Assembly (NCBI GenBank): GCA_964004705.1 | Contig: CAXFOQ010000001.1 | Coordinates: forward strand, 7,467-71,466 | DNA length: 64,000 nt | Origin: an uncultured Flavobacteriales bacterium | GTDB lineage: Bacteria; Bacteroidota; Bacteroidia; Flavobacteriales; UBA7312 | Reading direction: 5' to 3' | Shown here: positions 21,022-32,698 of the stretch, one piece after another | How the letters are laid out: each line of letters begins with the position of its first letter | Numbering within the stretch: position 1 is the stretch's first letter | Notes under the pieces: generated by a model | What the model saw: only the letters and a program-made list of their open reading frames with translations | Told to the model about the DNA's origin: nothing | Databases searched by the model: none | Made by a program: the position numbers and the translations under genes

Positions 21022-21958
21022 ACTGTTACTTACACTATCAATATTACTGACTTCTTTTAATGTTTTATACTCCCAAGAAGTATTGTGTAACATTAGAGTA
21101 ATGCCAAAGAACGATCTTCCAATAAGTGATAGACAGAAGCTTCAAACACTTCAAAAATCTGCTAGAGAATTTATAAATAATAGAAAATGGACCAATGAGG
21201 TATTTAAAGATGAGGAGCGAATAGAATTCAATCTTTCTTTTAATATCCTTGAAAAAGTATCAACTGATAGATACGCTGGAACTTTACAAGTACAATTTTC
21301 TCGTCCTGTTTTTAATAGTTCTTATTATTCACCTCTTTTAAATTATCTCGATAAAGAAATAGAGTTTGATTTCATAGATACTCAACCGCTTGATTTTAAT
21401 CAAAACACACATACTTCAAACCTGTCGGCTATTTTATCCTTTTATACATACATAATTATAGGATTAGATTATTCTACTTTCAGCTACAATGGTGGGAATA
21501 TGTATTTTCAAAAAGCTAAAAAGATTGTAGAAAATGCTCAGTCAGCTCCTGAAAATGGATGGAAAGCATTTGAAAGTAACAAGAATAGGTATTGGTTAGC
21601 AGAAGAACTGCTTGATGCCAAATACAGTACTTTTCAATCAGTTTTGTATAGTTATCATAGAAGCGGTCTAGATTTAATGCATGACGATAATGAAAAGGGT
21701 AGAGGCTTTGTGACTGAAAGTATTGAAAACATGAGAAAGGTAAAACAGCTTAATCCTACGGCTTTTATTTTACAGTTATTTTTTAATGCCAAAGCTGACG
21801 AAATAGCTAGTATTTATTCTAACGCTTTTCAAGATGAAAAGAACAGGGTTTACAAACTTCTAACTCAGATTGATCCTGCTAACATCAATAAATACAATAA
21901 GATAAAAGAGCAAAACTCAAATAATGCGCCAATCAATGGTATGCCTAATTCTAAATAA
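21014..21958 (+). CDS. DUF4835-family protein (conserved Bacteroidota protein, function unclear)
   Basis: Signal peptide, 314 aa, and the position between coaBC and recN typical of this family. Assignment is from memory of the synteny and family. Confidence 0.55.
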   Translation: MIRLLLTLSILLTSFNVLYSQEVLCNIRVMPKNDLPISDRQKLQTLQKSAREFINNRKWTNEVFKDEERIEFNLSFNILEKVSTDRYAGTLQVQFSRPVFNSSYYSPLLNYLDKEIEFDFIDTQPLDFNQNTHTSNLSAILSFYTYIIIGLDYSTFSYNGGNMYFQKAKKIVENAQSAPENGWKAFESNKNRYWLAEELLDAKYSTFQSVLYSYHRSGLDLMHDDNEKGRGFVTESIENMRKVKQLNPTAFILQLFFNAKADEIASIYSNAFQDEKNRVYKLLTQIDPANINKYNKIKEQNSNNAPINGMPNSK

Positions 21959-21961
21959 ATA

Positions 21962-23620
21962 ATGCTAAATCGTTTATCCATTAATAACTATGCGCTTATT
22001 GATGAATTATCCATCGATTTAAAAACAGGTTTTACGGCTATTACTGGTGAAACAGGTGCTGGTAAGTCTATTTTAATTTCCGCTCTAGGTCTTATATTAG
22101 GTGAAAGGGCTGATTTTAAAGCCATTGCCAATATCGACAAGAAATGTATAGTTGAGGGTGAATTTAATATTGCAAACTATAATTTAGAGTTCTTTTTTGA
22201 GAACAATGACTTAGACTTCATAAATCCAACTCTGATCAGAAGAGAAATAACACCAGCAGGTAGAAGCAGAGCTTTTGTAAATGATACACCAGTAAGTCTT
22301 AATCAATTAAAAGAACTAGCTTCTTTTCTAATAGATATACATTCTCAACACCAAACACTTCTTCTAAATTCTGAAGATTATCAGCTAAAATTGGTTGATG
22401 CCTATTGTAATCATCAAGATATACTATCACAGTTTAAGTCTGAGTATCAATCTTATCTTTCTAAACAAAAAGAGCTAGATGAATTGATTGAAAATGAAAA
22501 TCAATTGTCTAGAGAATTAGATTATAAACAGTTCTTATTTGATGAACTAGAAGAAGCTAAATTAAGCCTTGAGGATAAAACAATAGAAGAAGAAGTTAAT
22601 AAACTTGAAAATTTTGAAGAAATTCAACAAAAACTGAATCAAATTATGCTAATTTCAGAGAGTAGTGAATCTTCAGTTAGCTCCTTGTTGTCAAATATTG
22701 TAGTTACTCTAGATAGTATAAGAAAAAACGACTCAAAAATTGATGCTTTGAATTCAAGGTTTAATAGTATTTGGATTGAGTTTAAAGACTGTGTTTCTGA
22801 CCTTGAAAATTTAGCTTCTAATTACAATATTGACTTTGATGCAAAACAATTATTATTTCTTCAAGAACGATTTAGCTTAATCAACAAGTTGCTTCAAAAA
22901 CATAATGTAAATAATATTGAAGATTTATTAGAAATGCACTCTAATCTATTAGAAGATTTAGAGCAGTTTCATTCTATGGATAAGATAATAGAGTCCTTAA
23001 GAAATGAATGCGATAAGACTTTTAGTATGGTATCTAAAACTGCTCAAAAATTGAGTAAAAATAGAATATCAATTTTACCAAATATCCAAAAGGAATTACA
23101 AGGCTTACTTGCCAATTTAGGTATGCCGAATGCTAGAGTAAAAATTGCAACTAACTCGTACGATATACTTAATGCCAAGGGTTATGAAGATTTTACATTT
23201 TGTTTTACATCAAACAAGGGTATAGAGCCTAAGCAAATATCTAGTATTGCATCAGGAGGAGAACTATCAAGATTGATGTTATGTTTTAAATATATTCTTG
23301 CTCAAAAAACAAGTTTACCTAGTGTAATTTTTGATGAGATTGACTCCGGTGTTTCTGGAGAAATAGCTCATAAAATGGCAGACCTTATGAGTCATATGTC
23401 TAAATCTATGCAGGTTATTAGTATAACTCATCTTCCACAAGTTGCAGCTAAAGGTAGTGTTCAGTTACTAGTATCTAAATTGGAAACATCAGAAAAAGCA
23501 CAAACTACAATTAAAGAATTATTACTAGAAGAGCGAATCGTTGAATTAGCGAAAATGCTTAGTGGTAAAACAATTACTGATTCTTCGTTGAGTAATGCTA
23601 GAGATTTATTGAATACTTGA
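21962..23620 (+). CDS. recN: DNA repair protein RecN
   Basis: N-terminal Walker A GETGAGKS, long coiled coil, C-terminal signature SGGELSRLML and Walker B VIFDEID; 552 aa. Confidence 0.95.
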   Translation: MLNRLSINNYALIDELSIDLKTGFTAITGETGAGKSILISALGLILGERADFKAIANIDKKCIVEGEFNIANYNLEFFFENNDLDFINPTLIRREITPAGRSRAFVNDTPVSLNQLKELASFLIDIHSQHQTLLLNSEDYQLKLVDAYCNHQDILSQFKSEYQSYLSKQKELDELIENENQLSRELDYKQFLFDELEEAKLSLEDKTIEEEVNKLENFEEIQQKLNQIMLISESSESSVSSLLSNIVVTLDSIRKNDSKIDALNSRFNSIWIEFKDCVSDLENLASNYNIDFDAKQLLFLQERFSLINKLLQKHNVNNIEDLLEMHSNLLEDLEQFHSMDKIIESLRNECDKTFSMVSKTAQKLSKNRISILPNIQKELQGLLANLGMPNARVKIATNSYDILNAKGYEDFTFCFTSNKGIEPKQISSIASGGELSRLMLCFKYILAQKTSLPSVIFDEIDSGVSGEIAHKMADLMSHMSKSMQVISITHLPQVAAKGSVQLLVSKLETSEKAQTTIKELLLEERIVELAKMLSGKTITDSSLSNARDLLNT

Positions 23621-23629
23621 TAATTCGTT

Positions 23630-23637
23630 TATATTTG
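23630..23637 (+). promoter_or_regulatory. Bacteroidota-type -7 promoter box TATATTTG
   Basis: Exact TAnnTTTG match, 23 nt upstream of the fabI ATG (23661). A TTG lies 18 nt upstream (23609-23611). Confidence 0.5.
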
Positions 23638-23660
23638 CAATCAACAAACTAAAACATAAA

Positions 23661-24473
23661 ATGTCAAATAATTTATTAAAAGGAAAAAGAGGTATAATTT
23701 TTGGTGCACTAGATAGCAAATCTATTGCATGGAAAGTAGCAGAACATTGCAAAGAACAAGGTGCTGAATTTGTACTAACTAATGCACCTATTGCAATGCG
23801 AATGGGTACAATTAACCAATTAGCTGAAAAGACAAATTCTACTATCATTCCAGCAGATGCAACATCTGTTGAAGATATTGACAACCTCATTACTAAATCA
23901 ATGGAAATATTAGGAGGGAAGATAGACTTTATATTACATTCAATAGGTATGTCTGTTAATGTAAGAAAAGGAAGGCACTATACTGACCAAAATTATGATT
24001 TCACTGTAAAAGGTTTAGACGTTTCTGCTATGTCTTTTCATAAAGTAATGCAATCGGCATGGAAATTAGAAGCTATGAACGATTACGGTTCTATTTTAGC
24101 TCTTTCTTACATTGCAGCACAACGTACTTTTCCTGATTATAACGATATGGCTGACAATAAATCTTTTCTAGAAAGTATTGCAAGAAGTTTTGGTTATCAT
24201 TATGGTAAAAGAAATAAAGTAAGAGTAAATACGATTTCTCAATCTCCTACTATTACTACTGCTGGAAGTGGGGTAAAAGGCTTTGATGGCTTCTTCAAAT
24301 ATGCAGAGCAAATATCACCACTTGGAAATGCTTCTGCAGACGATTGTGCTAAATATTGTGTTTCTTTATTTTCTGATTTAACACAGTCTGTAACTATGCA
24401 AAACTTGTTTCATGACGGAGGTTTTTCTAATACAGGTGTTAGCGAAGAGGTATTAGATAATTTTCTGAAGTAA
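23661..24473 (+). CDS. fabI: Enoyl-ACP reductase FabI
   Basis: SDR fold. N-terminal KGKRGIIFGALDSKSIAW and ALSYIAAQR...K context typical of FabI; 270 aa. Confidence 0.9.
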   Translation: MSNNLLKGKRGIIFGALDSKSIAWKVAEHCKEQGAEFVLTNAPIAMRMGTINQLAEKTNSTIIPADATSVEDIDNLITKSMEILGGKIDFILHSIGMSVNVRKGRHYTDQNYDFTVKGLDVSAMSFHKVMQSAWKLEAMNDYGSILALSYIAAQRTFPDYNDMADNKSFLESIARSFGYHYGKRNKVRVNTISQSPTITTAGSGVKGFDGFFKYAEQISPLGNASADDCAKYCVSLFSDLTQSVTMQNLFHDGGFSNTGVSEEVLDNFLK

Positions 24474-24526
24474 AATTTAAATTCTCAAACATAAAAAAAT
24501 ACAATAGGAGTTTTTTTAGTTTAGTT

Positions 24527-27100
24527 TTATTCCTCTTTTTTAGATTTTTGAGTATTCACTTTCTTGGGTTTATTAATTTTAACTTTTAACTCACCTTTTC
24601 CTTCATCTAAACTAATCTTAATGTCATCACCTTCTTCAAGGTTTGCTTTAATAATTTCTTCTGCAATAATATCTTCTAAATACTTTTGAATTGCTCTTTT
24701 TAGTGGTCTAGCACCGAATTGAGAATCATAACCTTTATCAGCAATAAAATCTTTAGCTTTTTTATTTAAACTCAAAGAATATCCAAGTTGTGTAATTCTT
24801 TCAAATAATATTTTTAGTTCAATATCAATAATTTCATGAATATGCTCACTACTTAATGAATTAAACATGACTACGTCATCAATACGGTTTAAAAACTCAG
24901 GGGCAAATGCTTTTTTAAGCGCTTTAGCAATGACGCCTTTTGCGTCTGATTGATATGATTCTTTTCTGGCAGTTGTTGAAAATCCAACACCTTGACCAAA
25001 ATCTTTGAGCTGACGAGAACCTATATTTGATGTCATTATGATAATAGTATTCTTGAAGTTTATTTTTCTTCCTAAACTGTCTGTCATATAACCATCGTCT
25101 AATACTTGAAGTAGTAAATTGAATACATCGGGATGTGCTTTTTCTACTTCATCTAATAATATAATTGAGTAAGGTTTTCTTCTTACTTTCTCAGTAAGTT
25201 GACCACCTTCCTCATACCCAACGTATCCTGGAGGTGAACCTACAAGACGAGTGACGGCAAATTTTTCCATGTATTCACTCATATCAATTCTTATTAGAGA
25301 ATCATTGGTGTCAAACATAATTTTAGATAACTCTTTAGCTAACTGGGTTTTTCCAACGCCAGTGGGGCCTAAGAATATGAATGAGCCAATTGGTTTTTCA
25401 GGGTCTTTCAAGCCAACTCTATTTCTTCTTATAGCTTTAACTATTTTACTTACAGCTTCATCTTGACCGATAACTCTTTTTTGAAGTTCCTTTTCCATTT
25501 GAACAAGTTTTTTGCTTTCCTGTTCTGCAATTCTTTGTACAGGTACACCTGTCATCATTGCAACGACTTCTGCAACATTATCCTCTGTAACTATTTCTCT
25601 CTGATTTTTTAACTCATCTTCCCAAATAAGTTTAGCTTGTTTTAGATTATTTTCAATTTTTCTTTCTTCATCTCTTAACTTAGCAGCCTCTTCAAAACGT
25701 TGTTTTTTGATAACATTACCTTTTTGAGATTTGATAGCATCTAACTCTTTTTCAAGTTTTAAGATGTTTTCAGGAACATTGATGTTGTTGATATGTACTC
25801 TTGAGCCAGCTTCGTCTAATGCGTCGATTGCTTTATCTGGAAGGTGTCTATCGCTAATGTAACGGTTAGTAAGTGCGACACAAGATTCAAGTGCTTCATC
25901 TGTGTAAGATACATTATGATGGTCTTCATATCTTTCTTTGATATTTTGAAGAATTTGAAGTGTTTCATCAATAGAAGTTGGTTCAACTAAAACTTTTTGA
26001 AAACGTCTTTCTAATGCACCGTCTTTTTCTATATTTTGCCTATATTCATCTAAAGTAGTAGCACCGATACATTGCAGTTCACCACGAGCTAGGGCTGGTT
26101 TAAACATATTTGATGCATCCAAAGAACCAGAGGCGCCACCAGCGCCAACAATAGTATGTATTTCATCAATAAAAAGAATAATATCACTATTAACTTCTAA
26201 TTCGTTTAGAATAGCTTTCATACGTTCTTCAAATTGACCTCTATATTTTGTACCAGCTACTAATGCTGCCAAATCCAAAGAAATTATTCTTTTATTAAAC
26301 AGAACGCGAGAAACTTTACGTTGTACTATTCTGAGAGCCAAACCTTCAGCAATTGCTGACTTACCAACACCAGGTTCACCAATTAGAATTGGATTATTCT
26401 TTTTTCTTCTACTTAAAATTTGAGAAACTCGTTCAATTTCTTTTTCTCTACCAACAATGGGGTCAAGTTTATCATCAGAAGCCATCTTTGTTAAGTCTCT
26501 ACCAAAATTATCTAATACAGGAGTAGAAGACTTAGTGTTTCCTCTAGTTTGTTTTGGTTTATTACGAAAGAGTTCTTCATCATCTGTGTCGGAATCACCT
26601 AATTCTGCACTAGGATGAGAGCTAAATTCTGAAGTGTCATCATTAGATTCCTCTCCATGTATGTCTATCATTGAAGCAAATTCATTTTTAACGGTTTCAT
26701 AATCTACGTTAAACTGATTAAGAGATAAGGTTACGATACTATCTTCGTCTTTAAGCATAGAAAGAAGTAAGTGAATAGTTTTGATTTCTACGCTTTTAAA
26801 TATCATTAACTCTAAATGAGCTAATTTTACAGCTCTAGCAGCTTGTTTTTTTAACTCTAAATTATTTGAATTTGTGAACTCACTTTTTTCATTATTAACA
26901 ATTGAGCTTTCAACAATCTTTCTAAGTGCTGTTAAATCAACATCTAAGGCTTTGAGAATTATCACAGCAGAACCATTACCTTCTCTCAATATTCCGAGTA
27001 AAAAGTGTTCTGGTCCAATAGCATTATGACCTAGCCTAAGCGCCTCTTCTCGGCTAAAGCTGAGAACCTCATTAAGTCTGGGTGAAAATTTAGAATCCAT
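24527..27100 (-). CDS. clpC: ClpC-type AAA+ chaperone (Clp protease ATP-binding subunit)
   Basis: Clp_N repeats, two Walker A boxes (GEPGVGKS, GPTGVGKT), a short UVR-like middle domain (RFEEAAKLRDEE) and a VGF ClpP-docking loop; 857 aa. Confidence 0.92.
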   Translation of the reverse strand: MDSKFSPRLNEVLSFSREEALRLGHNAIGPEHFLLGILREGNGSAVIILKALDVDLTALRKIVESSIVNNEKSEFTNSNNLELKKQAARAVKLAHLELMIFKSVEIKTIHLLLSMLKDEDSIVTLSLNQFNVDYETVKNEFASMIDIHGEESNDDTSEFSSHPSAELGDSDTDDEELFRNKPKQTRGNTKSSTPVLDNFGRDLTKMASDDKLDPIVGREKEIERVSQILSRRKKNNPILIGEPGVGKSAIAEGLALRIVQRKVSRVLFNKRIISLDLAALVAGTKYRGQFEERMKAILNELEVNSDIILFIDEIHTIVGAGGASGSLDASNMFKPALARGELQCIGATTLDEYRQNIEKDGALERRFQKVLVEPTSIDETLQILQNIKERYEDHHNVSYTDEALESCVALTNRYISDRHLPDKAIDALDEAGSRVHINNINVPENILKLEKELDAIKSQKGNVIKKQRFEEAAKLRDEERKIENNLKQAKLIWEDELKNQREIVTEDNVAEVVAMMTGVPVQRIAEQESKKLVQMEKELQKRVIGQDEAVSKIVKAIRRNRVGLKDPEKPIGSFIFLGPTGVGKTQLAKELSKIMFDTNDSLIRIDMSEYMEKFAVTRLVGSPPGYVGYEEGGQLTEKVRRKPYSIILLDEVEKAHPDVFNLLLQVLDDGYMTDSLGRKINFKNTIIIMTSNIGSRQLKDFGQGVGFSTTARKESYQSDAKGVIAKALKKAFAPEFLNRIDDVVMFNSLSSEHIHEIIDIELKILFERITQLGYSLSLNKKAKDFIADKGYDSQFGARPLKRAIQKYLEDIIAEEIIKANLEEGDDIKISLDEGKGELKVKINKPKKVNTQKSKKEE

Positions 27101-27175
27101 ATAATTTAAAGAGTTTACTTAAAGTTTACAAATTAATGATTAGATTGAGAATTTGACAATAAATCTTCCTTTGAT

Positions 27176-27200
27176 TTATCAACATTTAATGTGTTGATAA
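27176..27200. promoter_or_regulatory. Perfect palindrome TTATCAACA-N7-TGTTGATAA in the clpC/gyrA divergent intergenic region
   Basis: Read directly. Each 9-bp arm is one mismatch from the DnaA-box consensus TTATCCACA. It lies about 76 nt from the clpC start and 81 nt from the gyrA start. Confidence 0.6.
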
Positions 27201-27280
27201 TTATTGATTTTTTTTGGAGCTTGACAAAGAGTGATTAGTTAAATTCGTGAATTAAATATAAACATTAAAATTTAATTTTT

Positions 27281-29794
27281 ATGCTTGACGGAGAGAAAAT
27301 CATTCCTATTAACATTGAAGAAGAAATGAAATCAAAGTACATTGATTATTCAATGTCTGTAATTGTTTCTAGAGCGTTGCCTGATGTTAGAGATGGTCTA
27401 AAACCTGTTCATCGCAGGGTATTGTATGGTATGCACGAATTGGGTGTAACTTCAACAAAAGCCTATAAAAAATCAGCTCGTATTGTAGGTGAAGTTCTTG
27501 GTAAATTTCACCCGCATGGTGACACTTCTGTATATGACACAATGGTTAGAATGGCTCAAGAATGGTCATTACGCTACATGTTGGTAGATGGTCAAGGAAA
27601 TTTTGGTTCTATTGACGGAGACAGTCCTGCTGCCATGCGTTACACTGAAGCACGTTTGAGAAAAACTGCTGAAGAGTTACTCTCTGATATTGATAAAAAT
27701 ACAGTTGATTATCAACTTAATTTTGATGATACCATAAAAGAGCCTGTTGTATTACCTGCCAGGATTCCTAACTTACTTTGTAATGGAACATCAGGTATTG
27801 CTGTAGGAATGGCTACTAACATGGCGCCTCATAACCTTTCAGAGGTTGTTGATGCTACCATTGCATATATAGATAATAGAGATATTGATACACAGGGTCT
27901 TATGAAGCACATTAAAGCTCCTGATTTTCCTACCGGTGGTATCATATATGGATATGAAGGTGTTAGAGATGCTTTTGAAACTGGAAGAGGAAAAGTAGTG
28001 ATGCGTGCCAAAACAACTTTCGAAGAAGTAGGAAACAGAGAAGCTATTATTGTTTCTGAAATTCCATACATGGTTAATAAGGCTGATATGATTAAGAAAA
28101 CAGCAGATTTAATCAATGATAAAAAACTTGATGGTATATACGATATTCGAGACGAATCAGATAGAAAAGGTATGCGAATTGTTTATGAACTTAAAAGAGA
28201 TGCAATACCTAATATTGTTTTAAATAAACTGTTCAAATACACACAATTACAATCCTCTTTTAGTGTCAATAATATTGCTCTTGTAAATGGACGTCCAGAA
28301 CAGTTAAACCTCAAACAAATTATAGGTCATTTTGTAGATCATAGGCATGAAGTTGTAGTAAGAAGAACATCTTACGAACTTGAACAGGCCGAGAAAAGAG
28401 CTCACGTACTTGAAGGTTTATTAATAGCTTTAGATAATTTAGACGCTATCATAAAAATGATTAGAGCTTCTAGAACTCCTGAGGATGCTAGAAATGGATT
28501 AATGACTAGTTTTAAATTGTCAGAAATTCAAGCAAAAGCTATTCTCGATTTAAGACTTCAAAAGTTAACTGGTCTTGAAAGAGATAAACTCAAAGAAGAA
28601 TACGATGAATTGATGAAAACCATTGCCTTTTTGAAAAATATCTTAGAGAATGAAAATATTAGAATGGATATTATCAAAACTGAATTGAATGAAGTGAAAG
28701 AAAAATACGGTGATGAAAGACGCTCTTCAATTGAATATGGGGGTGGTGATTTCAGAATTGAAGATATAATTCCAGATGAAGAAGTCGTAATTACGATTTC
28801 ACATTTAGGTTATGTTAAAAGAACTAAGCTTACTGAATATAAATCTCAAAATAGAGGAGGGGTTGGATCTAAAGGAGCTACCACAAGAGATGCTGATTTC
28901 TTAGAAGATATGTTTGTCGCAAATAACCACGATTATATGCTTTTCTTTACAGAAAAAGGAAGATGTTTCTGGTTAAGAGTATTTGAAATTCCTGAAGGGG
29001 CTAAAGCAACCAAAGGAAGGGCTATTCAGAATATGATCAATATTCCATCTGATGATAAAGTGATGGCTTTTATAAACACCAAGGATCTAAAAGATGAAGA
29101 CTATGTCAATACTCATTATGTTGTTATGTGTACTAAAAAAGGAGTGGTCAAAAAGACATCTTTAGAGTCGTATTCGAGACCTAGACAAAATGGTATTAAT
29201 GCCATTACTATTAGAGAAGAAGATCAGTTATTAGAAGCTAAATTAACAACAGGAAATTCCCAAATTATGTTAGCGGTCAGATCTGGTAAAGCCATTCGAT
29301 TTGAAGAAGAAAAGGTTAGGCCAATGGGAAGGACTGCTTCTGGTGTAAGAGGTGTTACTTTAGCTAATGATAATGACGAAGTAGTTGGTATGATTTGTGT
29401 TAACGATTTTGAATCTGATGTACTAGTTGTTTCTGAAAATGGATATGGTAAGCGTTCAAGCATTGAAGATTACAGAATTACCAACAGAGGAGGAAAAGGA
29501 GTTAAAACTATCAACGTAACTGAAAAAACAGGTAACCTTATTGCTTTGAAAAATGTAACTGATGAAAATGATCTTATGGTTGTCAATAAATCAGGAATAA
29601 CTATTAGAATTTCAGTTGCAGACTTGCGTCAAATGGGTAGAGCAACTCAAGGTGTTAGAATTATCAAACTAAGAGAAAAAGATTCTATTGCTGCTGTTGC
29701 AAAAGTACCAGCGGTAAATAATGAAGAAGAAGAACTGAAAGATGGTCAAACAGAATCAACTGACAACACCGAAAGCTCAACCTCTGAAGAATAA
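27281..29794 (+). CDS. gyrA: DNA gyrase subunit A
   Basis: N-terminus [42 protein letters not shown], active-site [11 protein letters not shown]-terminal beta-pinwheel repeats and an acidic tail; 837 aa. Confidence 0.97.
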   Translation: MLDGEKIIPINIEEEMKSKYIDYSMSVIVSRALPDVRDGLKPVHRRVLYGMHELGVTSTKAYKKSARIVGEVLGKFHPHGDTSVYDTMVRMAQEWSLRYMLVDGQGNFGSIDGDSPAAMRYTEARLRKTAEELLSDIDKNTVDYQLNFDDTIKEPVVLPARIPNLLCNGTSGIAVGMATNMAPHNLSEVVDATIAYIDNRDIDTQGLMKHIKAPDFPTGGIIYGYEGVRDAFETGRGKVVMRAKTTFEEVGNREAIIVSEIPYMVNKADMIKKTADLINDKKLDGIYDIRDESDRKGMRIVYELKRDAIPNIVLNKLFKYTQLQSSFSVNNIALVNGRPEQLNLKQIIGHFVDHRHEVVVRRTSYELEQAEKRAHVLEGLLIALDNLDAIIKMIRASRTPEDARNGLMTSFKLSEIQAKAILDLRLQKLTGLERDKLKEEYDELMKTIAFLKNILENENIRMDIIKTELNEVKEKYGDERRSSIEYGGGDFRIEDIIPDEEVVITISHLGYVKRTKLTEYKSQNRGGVGSKGATTRDADFLEDMFVANNHDYMLFFTEKGRCFWLRVFEIPEGAKATKGRAIQNMINIPSDDKVMAFINTKDLKDEDYVNTHYVVMCTKKGVVKKTSLESYSRPRQNGINAITIREEDQLLEAKLTTGNSQIMLAVRSGKAIRFEEEKVRPMGRTASGVRGVTLANDNDEVVGMICVNDFESDVLVVSENGYGKRSSIEDYRITNRGGKGVKTINVTEKTGNLIALKNVTDENDLMVVNKSGITIRISVADLRQMGRATQGVRIIKLREKDSIAAVAKVPAVNNEEEELKDGQTESTDNTESSTSEE

Positions 29795-29834
29795 ATTAAG
29801 CAACTAATTTTTATATTTATTATAACACTCAATT

Positions 29835-29860
29835 AAACGGCACTTATTGCCGTTTTTTTG
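29835..29860 (+). terminator. Rho-independent terminator after gyrA
   Basis: Stem ACGGCA (29837-29842) / TGCCGT (29848-29853), 5-nt loop, followed by a T7 run. Confidence 0.7.
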
Positions 29861-29893
29861 TTTTAAATTTACACCTCTAAAATTAAAATAATA

Positions 29894-32698
29894 ATGAAAA
29901 AAAATTTATTGCTAGTTTGTTTATTATTTACATCAGCTTTGATGTATTCACAAACTTTGATAAACAAAATTACTCCTACAAACAATTATGATATAGCTTA
30001 CGAAGTATGGGAATTAGATAATGGGCTCACAATAATAGTCCATGAAGATGATTCTGACCCTATGGTACATGTAGAAGTAACTTATCATGTTGGTTCTAAC
30101 AGAGAGCAAATAGGTATTACGGGCTTTGCACATTTCTTTGAGCATATGATGTTTCAAGGTTCTGATAATGTGGGTGATGACGAGCATTTTAAAATAATTT
30201 CAGAAAGTGGCGGTACTATGAATGGTACAACCAACAGAGACAGAACTAACTATTTTGAAACAGTACCTAGCAATCAACTTGAAACTGCATTATGGTTAGA
30301 AGCCGATAGAATGGGTTTTCTATTAGACGCAGTAACAGTAGAAAAATTTGAAAATCAAAGGGATGCTGTTAAAAATGAAAAAATGCAGAATCAGGTCAAT
30401 GTACCATATGGAATGTTTTGGGAAATAAAAGACCAAACTTTATATCCACAAGGGCATCCTTATTCATGGCCTACAATAGGATATGTTGATGATTTAGATA
30501 GAGTTACTGTTGATGACTTAAAAGATTTTTTTATGCGTTGGTATGGCCCAAATAACGCCTATTTAGTTGTTGCAGGTGATGTTGAGACAGAAGATGTTTT
30601 AGAACTATCAAAAAAATACTTTGGCCCAATTCCAAGAGGTCAAGAAGTAAGAGATTTAAGAGTAGCTAGAGTAAATTTACCACAGAACAAGTATAGAAAA
30701 TTTGCTGATAGAATATATTTTCCAATGGCTGCTTTTGTATATCCAACTATACCAAATTTTCATAAAGACGAACCTGCTTTAGACGCTTTAGCTGATATGA
30801 TGGGAGGGGGGAATAACTCTTTATTTTATAAAGAATTTGTTAAAACGGAAAGAGCTGTACAAGCCTCTGTAAGTCATCCTTGTTCTGAATTATCAGGAGA
30901 GTTTTTAGTTCAAATTATTTCTTATCCAGATTACACATTTGCTGAAACAGAAGAAAAAATCAATACTCTAATTAATAACTTTGAAGAATACATTACTGAA
31001 GAGGCTTTAGAGCGTTTTAAATCAACAATGAGGTCTGATATTATTGATGGTCTTTCTAGTGTCAGAGGTAAAGCTTCTCAATTGACGTCATGGGCATATT
31101 TATTAGATGAGCCACACAATTTTAGTAAGGAAATTGAGAGATACGAAGCAGTTACGATTGAAGATGTTAAGAAAGTCTACAGAAAGTACATAATGAATAA
31201 AAATTCAGTAGGTATAGAATACTTTCCATTGCCACCATTTTCTGAAGACTCCGTTCAAAGTATTAATCCTTTTGCGCACGTTCCATATAAAAAAGACCCT
31301 CAGTATGATGGTCTAACTTATACTAAGCCTACTGATACATTTGATCGTTCTGTAAGACCTACAGCACCAGCTGCTAAAGCGGTTTCTGTACCAGTATATT
31401 ATGAGTTTAATGTTAATCAATTAGCTGGTGAAAACAAAAATAGTATACCAGTAATTGGTGCAGAAAATAATGAAGTTCCTAAAGTGAATATTTTGATTAC
31501 TCTAGAAGGAGGAGATTTACTTATTGATAATCCTAAAAAAGCTGGATTATCGCAACTAACAGCTATGCTTCTTAATGAAAGTACGGAGAACTTTACAACA
31601 GAAAAGATGAGTGCTAAACTTGATAACTTGGGTAGTTCTATTTCTTTCAGCTCAGGAGATAGAACATCTTCGATTTTTGTCTCAAGTCTTGTTGGTAAAA
31701 TAGATGAAACCATTTCACTTCTTGAAGAAAAACTATTTAATCCAGCCTTTGATGAGGATGATTACAAACGTATCAATAAACAATATAGAGAGTCTATTAA
31801 TAATAGTAAGAAGTCAGCTCAAAATATGGCTAGACAAGCTGTGGCAGAATTGATGTATGGCAAGTCTATTAGAGGAACTATGCCATCGGTCAAAGGAGTA
31901 GAGAAAATCAAACTTTCTGAAGTAAAAGAATTTTATAAAAAGCAATACAATTCAAAACTTGCTAGTGTAGTTGTAGTTGGTGATGTAACTAAAGAAGAAA
32001 TGTTACCAAGATTACAATTCTTAAATAAATGGGAGGGAAGTGATGTTCTCATTAATAAGAACTTACCAATTGGAGAAATTGAAGGTAAAACCATTTATTT
32101 AGTTCATAAACCTGGTCCTCAATCAATTATTACACTTGCCCATAAAGGTTTAAAGTATGATGTTGATGGTGATTATTATAAAGCTGGAGTTATGAATTTT
32201 CCATTAGGAGGAGCTTTTAGTAGTCGTTTAAACCTTAATTTAAGAGAAGATAAGGGATATACATACGGTATTCGATCTGGATTCAATGGAAATGATACTG
32301 ATGGTATGTTTAGTATAAGTACATCTGTACGTTCTGAAGCGACTGATAGCGCCCTTACTGAAATCTATAAAGAATTCGAAAACTATATAACTGAAGGAAT
32401 AAATGAAGAAGAATTAGCGTTTACAAAGAACTCAATTGCTAATTCCGATGCTTTAAGGTATGAAACAGCATTTCAGAAGTCAAGATTCTTAGCTCGTATT
32501 CAGCGTTATGGTCTTGATGGCAATTATACCAAAAAGCAAAAACAAATGTTAAATGATATGACTGTAGCAGATGTTAAATCAATAGCAAATAAATACTTAA
32601 AAAAGGATGACCATATTGTTGTCGTTGTTGGTAATAAATATGCTTTGAAAGATAAACTTCAGAAGTTCGGAAAAGTCACAGAATTAAAAATTAAATAA
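29894..32698 (+). CDS. M16-family (pitrilysin/insulinase) zinc peptidase, double-length, secreted
   Basis: Signal peptide, inverted zinc motif HFFEHMMFQG (HxxEH), and a second inactive M16 half; 934 aa. Confidence 0.9.
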   Translation: MKKNLLLVCLLFTSALMYSQTLINKITPTNNYDIAYEVWELDNGLTIIVHEDDSDPMVHVEVTYHVGSNREQIGITGFAHFFEHMMFQGSDNVGDDEHFKIISESGGTMNGTTNRDRTNYFETVPSNQLETALWLEADRMGFLLDAVTVEKFENQRDAVKNEKMQNQVNVPYGMFWEIKDQTLYPQGHPYSWPTIGYVDDLDRVTVDDLKDFFMRWYGPNNAYLVVAGDVETEDVLELSKKYFGPIPRGQEVRDLRVARVNLPQNKYRKFADRIYFPMAAFVYPTIPNFHKDEPALDALADMMGGGNNSLFYKEFVKTERAVQASVSHPCSELSGEFLVQIISYPDYTFAETEEKINTLINNFEEYITEEALERFKSTMRSDIIDGLSSVRGKASQLTSWAYLLDEPHNFSKEIERYEAVTIEDVKKVYRKYIMNKNSVGIEYFPLPPFSEDSVQSINPFAHVPYKKDPQYDGLTYTKPTDTFDRSVRPTAPAAKAVSVPVYYEFNVNQLAGENKNSIPVIGAENNEVPKVNILITLEGGDLLIDNPKKAGLSQLTAMLLNESTENFTTEKMSAKLDNLGSSISFSSGDRTSSIFVSSLVGKIDETISLLEEKLFNPAFDEDDYKRINKQYRESINNSKKSAQNMARQAVAELMYGKSIRGTMPSVKGVEKIKLSEVKEFYKKQYNSKLASVVVVGDVTKEEMLPRLQFLNKWEGSDVLINKNLPIGEIEGKTIYLVHKPGPQSIITLAHKGLKYDVDGDYYKAGVMNFPLGGAFSSRLNLNLREDKGYTYGIRSGFNGNDTDGMFSISTSVRSEATDSALTEIYKEFENYITEGINEEELAFTKNSIANSDALRYETAFQKSRFLARIQRYGLDGNYTKKQKQMLNDMTVADVKSIANKYLKKDDHIVVVVGNKYALKDKLQKFGKVTELKIK

